A stretch of DNA of 64,000 bases from the NCBI GenBank assembly GCA_051530055.1, contig CM121342.1:13841480-13905479 (forward strand), written 5' to 3'. A program made the position numbers and the translations under genes. Below the pieces are notes generated by a model, which made no database searches, was not told the DNA's origin, and was given only the letters and a program-made list of their open reading frames with translations. This DNA is from Neoechinorhynchus agilis (lineage: Eukaryota; Animalia; Acanthocephala). Shown here piece after piece: positions 61,601 to 64,000 of the stretch (within the stretch, counting starts at the first letter, position 1; the number at the start of each line of letters is the position of its first letter).

Positions 61601-64000
61601 CGGAAATCAGTCAGACGCAAACTGCAAGAAGTTTCCTTTCCTGAACATCTTCAGTGGGCAAAAATCGAACAACTTTCTAAAGGGCACCTAAAGCGTTCAT
61701 TACTAACAAACAGTAAGTAGCGGTTCTAAACCGATGCCCGATGAAGATATTGGCTCATTGAGTCTCCGAGGGAACTAGAAATTAAAGAAAAATTTAATTC
61801 TGGAGTTAAATCTAAGCTTTTGCATAATCCGATGTGACACTTTCTCTTAATTATTCCCAAAGTTTTATAATTTGTTAACAATACGCGGAAAAGATCAAAT
61901 AAAAAATACCGGAAATCAGTTAGACGCAAACTGCAAGAAGTTTCCTTTGCTGAACATCTTCAGTGGGCAAAAATCGAACAACTTTCTAAAGGGCACCTAA
62001 GGCGTTCATTACTAACAAACAGTAAGTAGCGGTTCTAAACCGATTCCCGATGAAGATATTGGCTCATTGAGTCTCCGAGGGAACTAGAAATTAAAGAAAA
62101 ATTTCATACTGGAGTTAAATCTAAGCTTTTGCATAATCCGATGTGACACTTTCTCTTAATTATTCTTAAAGTTTTATAATTTGTTAACAATACGCGGAAA
62201 TGATCAAATAAAAAATACCGGAAATCAGTCAGACGCAAACTGCAAGAAGTTTATTTTCCTGAACATCTTCAGTGGGCAAAAATCGAACAACTTTCTAAAG
62301 GGCACCTAAAGCGTTCATTACTAACAAACAGTAAGTAGCGGTTCTAAACCGATGCCCGATGAAGATATTGGCTCATTGAGTCTCCGAGGGAACTAGAAAT
62401 TAAAGAAAAATTTAATTCTGGAGTTAAATCTAAGCTTTTGCATAATCCGATGTGACACTTTCTCTTAATTATTCTTAAAGTTTTATAATTTGTTAACAAT
62501 ACGCGGAAATGATCAAAGAAAAGATACCGGAAATCAGTTAGACGCAAACTGCAAGAAGTTTCCTTTGCTGAACATCTTTAGTTTGCAAAAATCGAACAAC
62601 TTTCTAAAGGGCACCTTAAGCGTCCATTAATAACAAACAGTAAGTAGCGGTTCTAAACCGATGCCCGATGAAGATATCGACTCATTGAGTCTCCGAGGGA
62701 ACTAGAAATTAAAGAAAAATTTAATAATGGAGTTAAATCCAAGCTTTATCATAATCCGATGTGACACTTTCTCTTAATTATTCTTAAAGTTTTATAATTT
62801 GTTAACAATACGCGGAAATGATCAAAGAAAAGATACCGGAAATCAGTTAGACGCAAACTGCAAGAAGTTTCCTTTGCTGAACATCTTTAGTTTGCAAAAA
62901 TCGAACAACTTTCTAAAGGGCACCTTAAGCGTCCATTAATAACAAACAGTAAGTAGCGGTTCTAAACCGATGCCCGATGAAGATATTGGCTCATTGAGTC
63001 TCCGAGGGAACTAGAAATTAAAGAAAAATTTAATAATGGAGTTAAATCCAAGCTTTATCATAATCCGATGTGACACTTTCTCTTAATTATTCTTAGAGTT
63101 TTATAATTTGTTAACAATACGCGGAAAAGATCAAAGAAAAAATACCTTAAATCAGTTAGACGCAAACTGCAAGAAGTTTCCTTTGCTGAACATCTTCAGT
63201 GGGCAAAAATCGAACAACTTTCTAAAGGGCACCTAAAGCGTTCATTACTAACAAACAGTAAGTAGCGGTTCTAAACCGATGCCCGATGAAGATATTGGCT
63301 CATTGAGTCCCCGAGGGAACTAGAAATTAAAGAAAAATTTAAATCTGGTGTTAAATCTAAGCTTTTTCATAATCCGATGTGACATTTTCTCTTAATTATT
63401 CTTAAAGTTTTATAATTTGTATACAATACGCGGAAATGATCAAATAAAAAATAACGGAAATCAGTTAGACGCAAACTGCAAGAAGTTTATTTTCCTGAAC
63501 ATCTTCAGTGGGCAAAAATCGAACAACTTTCTAAAGGGCACCTAAACCGTTCATTACTAACAAACAGTAGGTGGCGGTTCTAAACCGATGCCCGATGAAG
63601 ATATTGGCTCATTGAGTCTCCGAGGGAACTAGAAATTAAAGAAAAATTTAATTCTGGAGTTAAACCTAAGCTTTTGTATAATCAGATGTGACATTTTCTC
63701 TTGATTATTCTTAGAGTTTTATAATTTGTTAATAATACGCGGAAAAGATCAAAGAACAAATACCTTAAATCGGTTAGAGGCAAACTGCAAGAAGTTTCCT
63801 TTCCTGAACATCTTCAGTGGGCAAAAATCGAACAACTTTCTAAAGGGCACCTAAAGCGTAAATAACTAACAAAAAGTAAGTAGCGGTTCTAAACCGATGC
63901 CCGATGAAGATATTGGCTCATTGAGTCTCCGAGGGAACTAGAAATTAAAGAAAAAATTAATAATGGAGTTAAATCTAAGCTTTTGCATAATCCGATGTGA
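52690..64000 (+). repeat. 309-bp tandem satellite array, ~36-37 monomers, continuing past the window end
   Basis: The period of 309 is seen directly (shadow ORFs at 53183/53492, 60181/60490/60799, 61417/61726). Most monomers carry one HindIII site (AAGCTT). One monomer has a 97-bp deletion at ~55775. Confidence 0.99.

Noticed and set aside
53183-62547. Recurrent 67-89 aa minus-strand ORFs (MRLTDFRY...HRASV) that look like a multigene family
   Set aside because: They are shadow ORFs of the satellite monomer, present or absent according to single substitutions. The informative protein similarity is on the opposite strand.
52690-64000. CRISPR-like array
   Set aside because: Whole monomers repeat head to tail with no unique spacers, there are no cas genes, and the context is eukaryotic.

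Overview
Eukaryotic, gene-dense, AT-rich animal (invertebrate-like) nuclear DNA with very short GT-AG introns (41-51 nt where they could be resolved). The first ~33 kb is ordinary gene space. It holds the 3' part of a UCH-L1/L3-type deubiquitinase, a small heat-shock protein with two alpha-crystallin domains, a DLC1/STARD13-type RhoGAP-START gene, a six-PDZ MAGI that seems to lack its WW domains, neuroguidin, V-ATPase subunit c and several orphan ORFs. From ~33.5 kb the window is dominated by mobile DNA: two decayed RTE-type LINEs (the first with a near-consensus twister ribozyme at its 5' end), a three-copy satellite island, an internally duplicated charged ORF, pogo and Penelope-like (PLE) remnants, a cysteamine dioxygenase (ADO) gene split by insertions, and an intron-less tRNA-Tyr lacking its T-arm. 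A 309-bp tandem satellite runs from ~52.7 kb to the window end. The two most unusual signals are (1) the satellite monomer looks like a decayed PLE GIY-YIG endonuclease coding segment, with a better-preserved GIY-YIG remnant abutting the array start, and (2) a dispersed family of ~120-200-bp palindromic elements carrying minimal hammerhead-ribozyme motifs in both polarities. All homology calls were made by eye; no searches were run.
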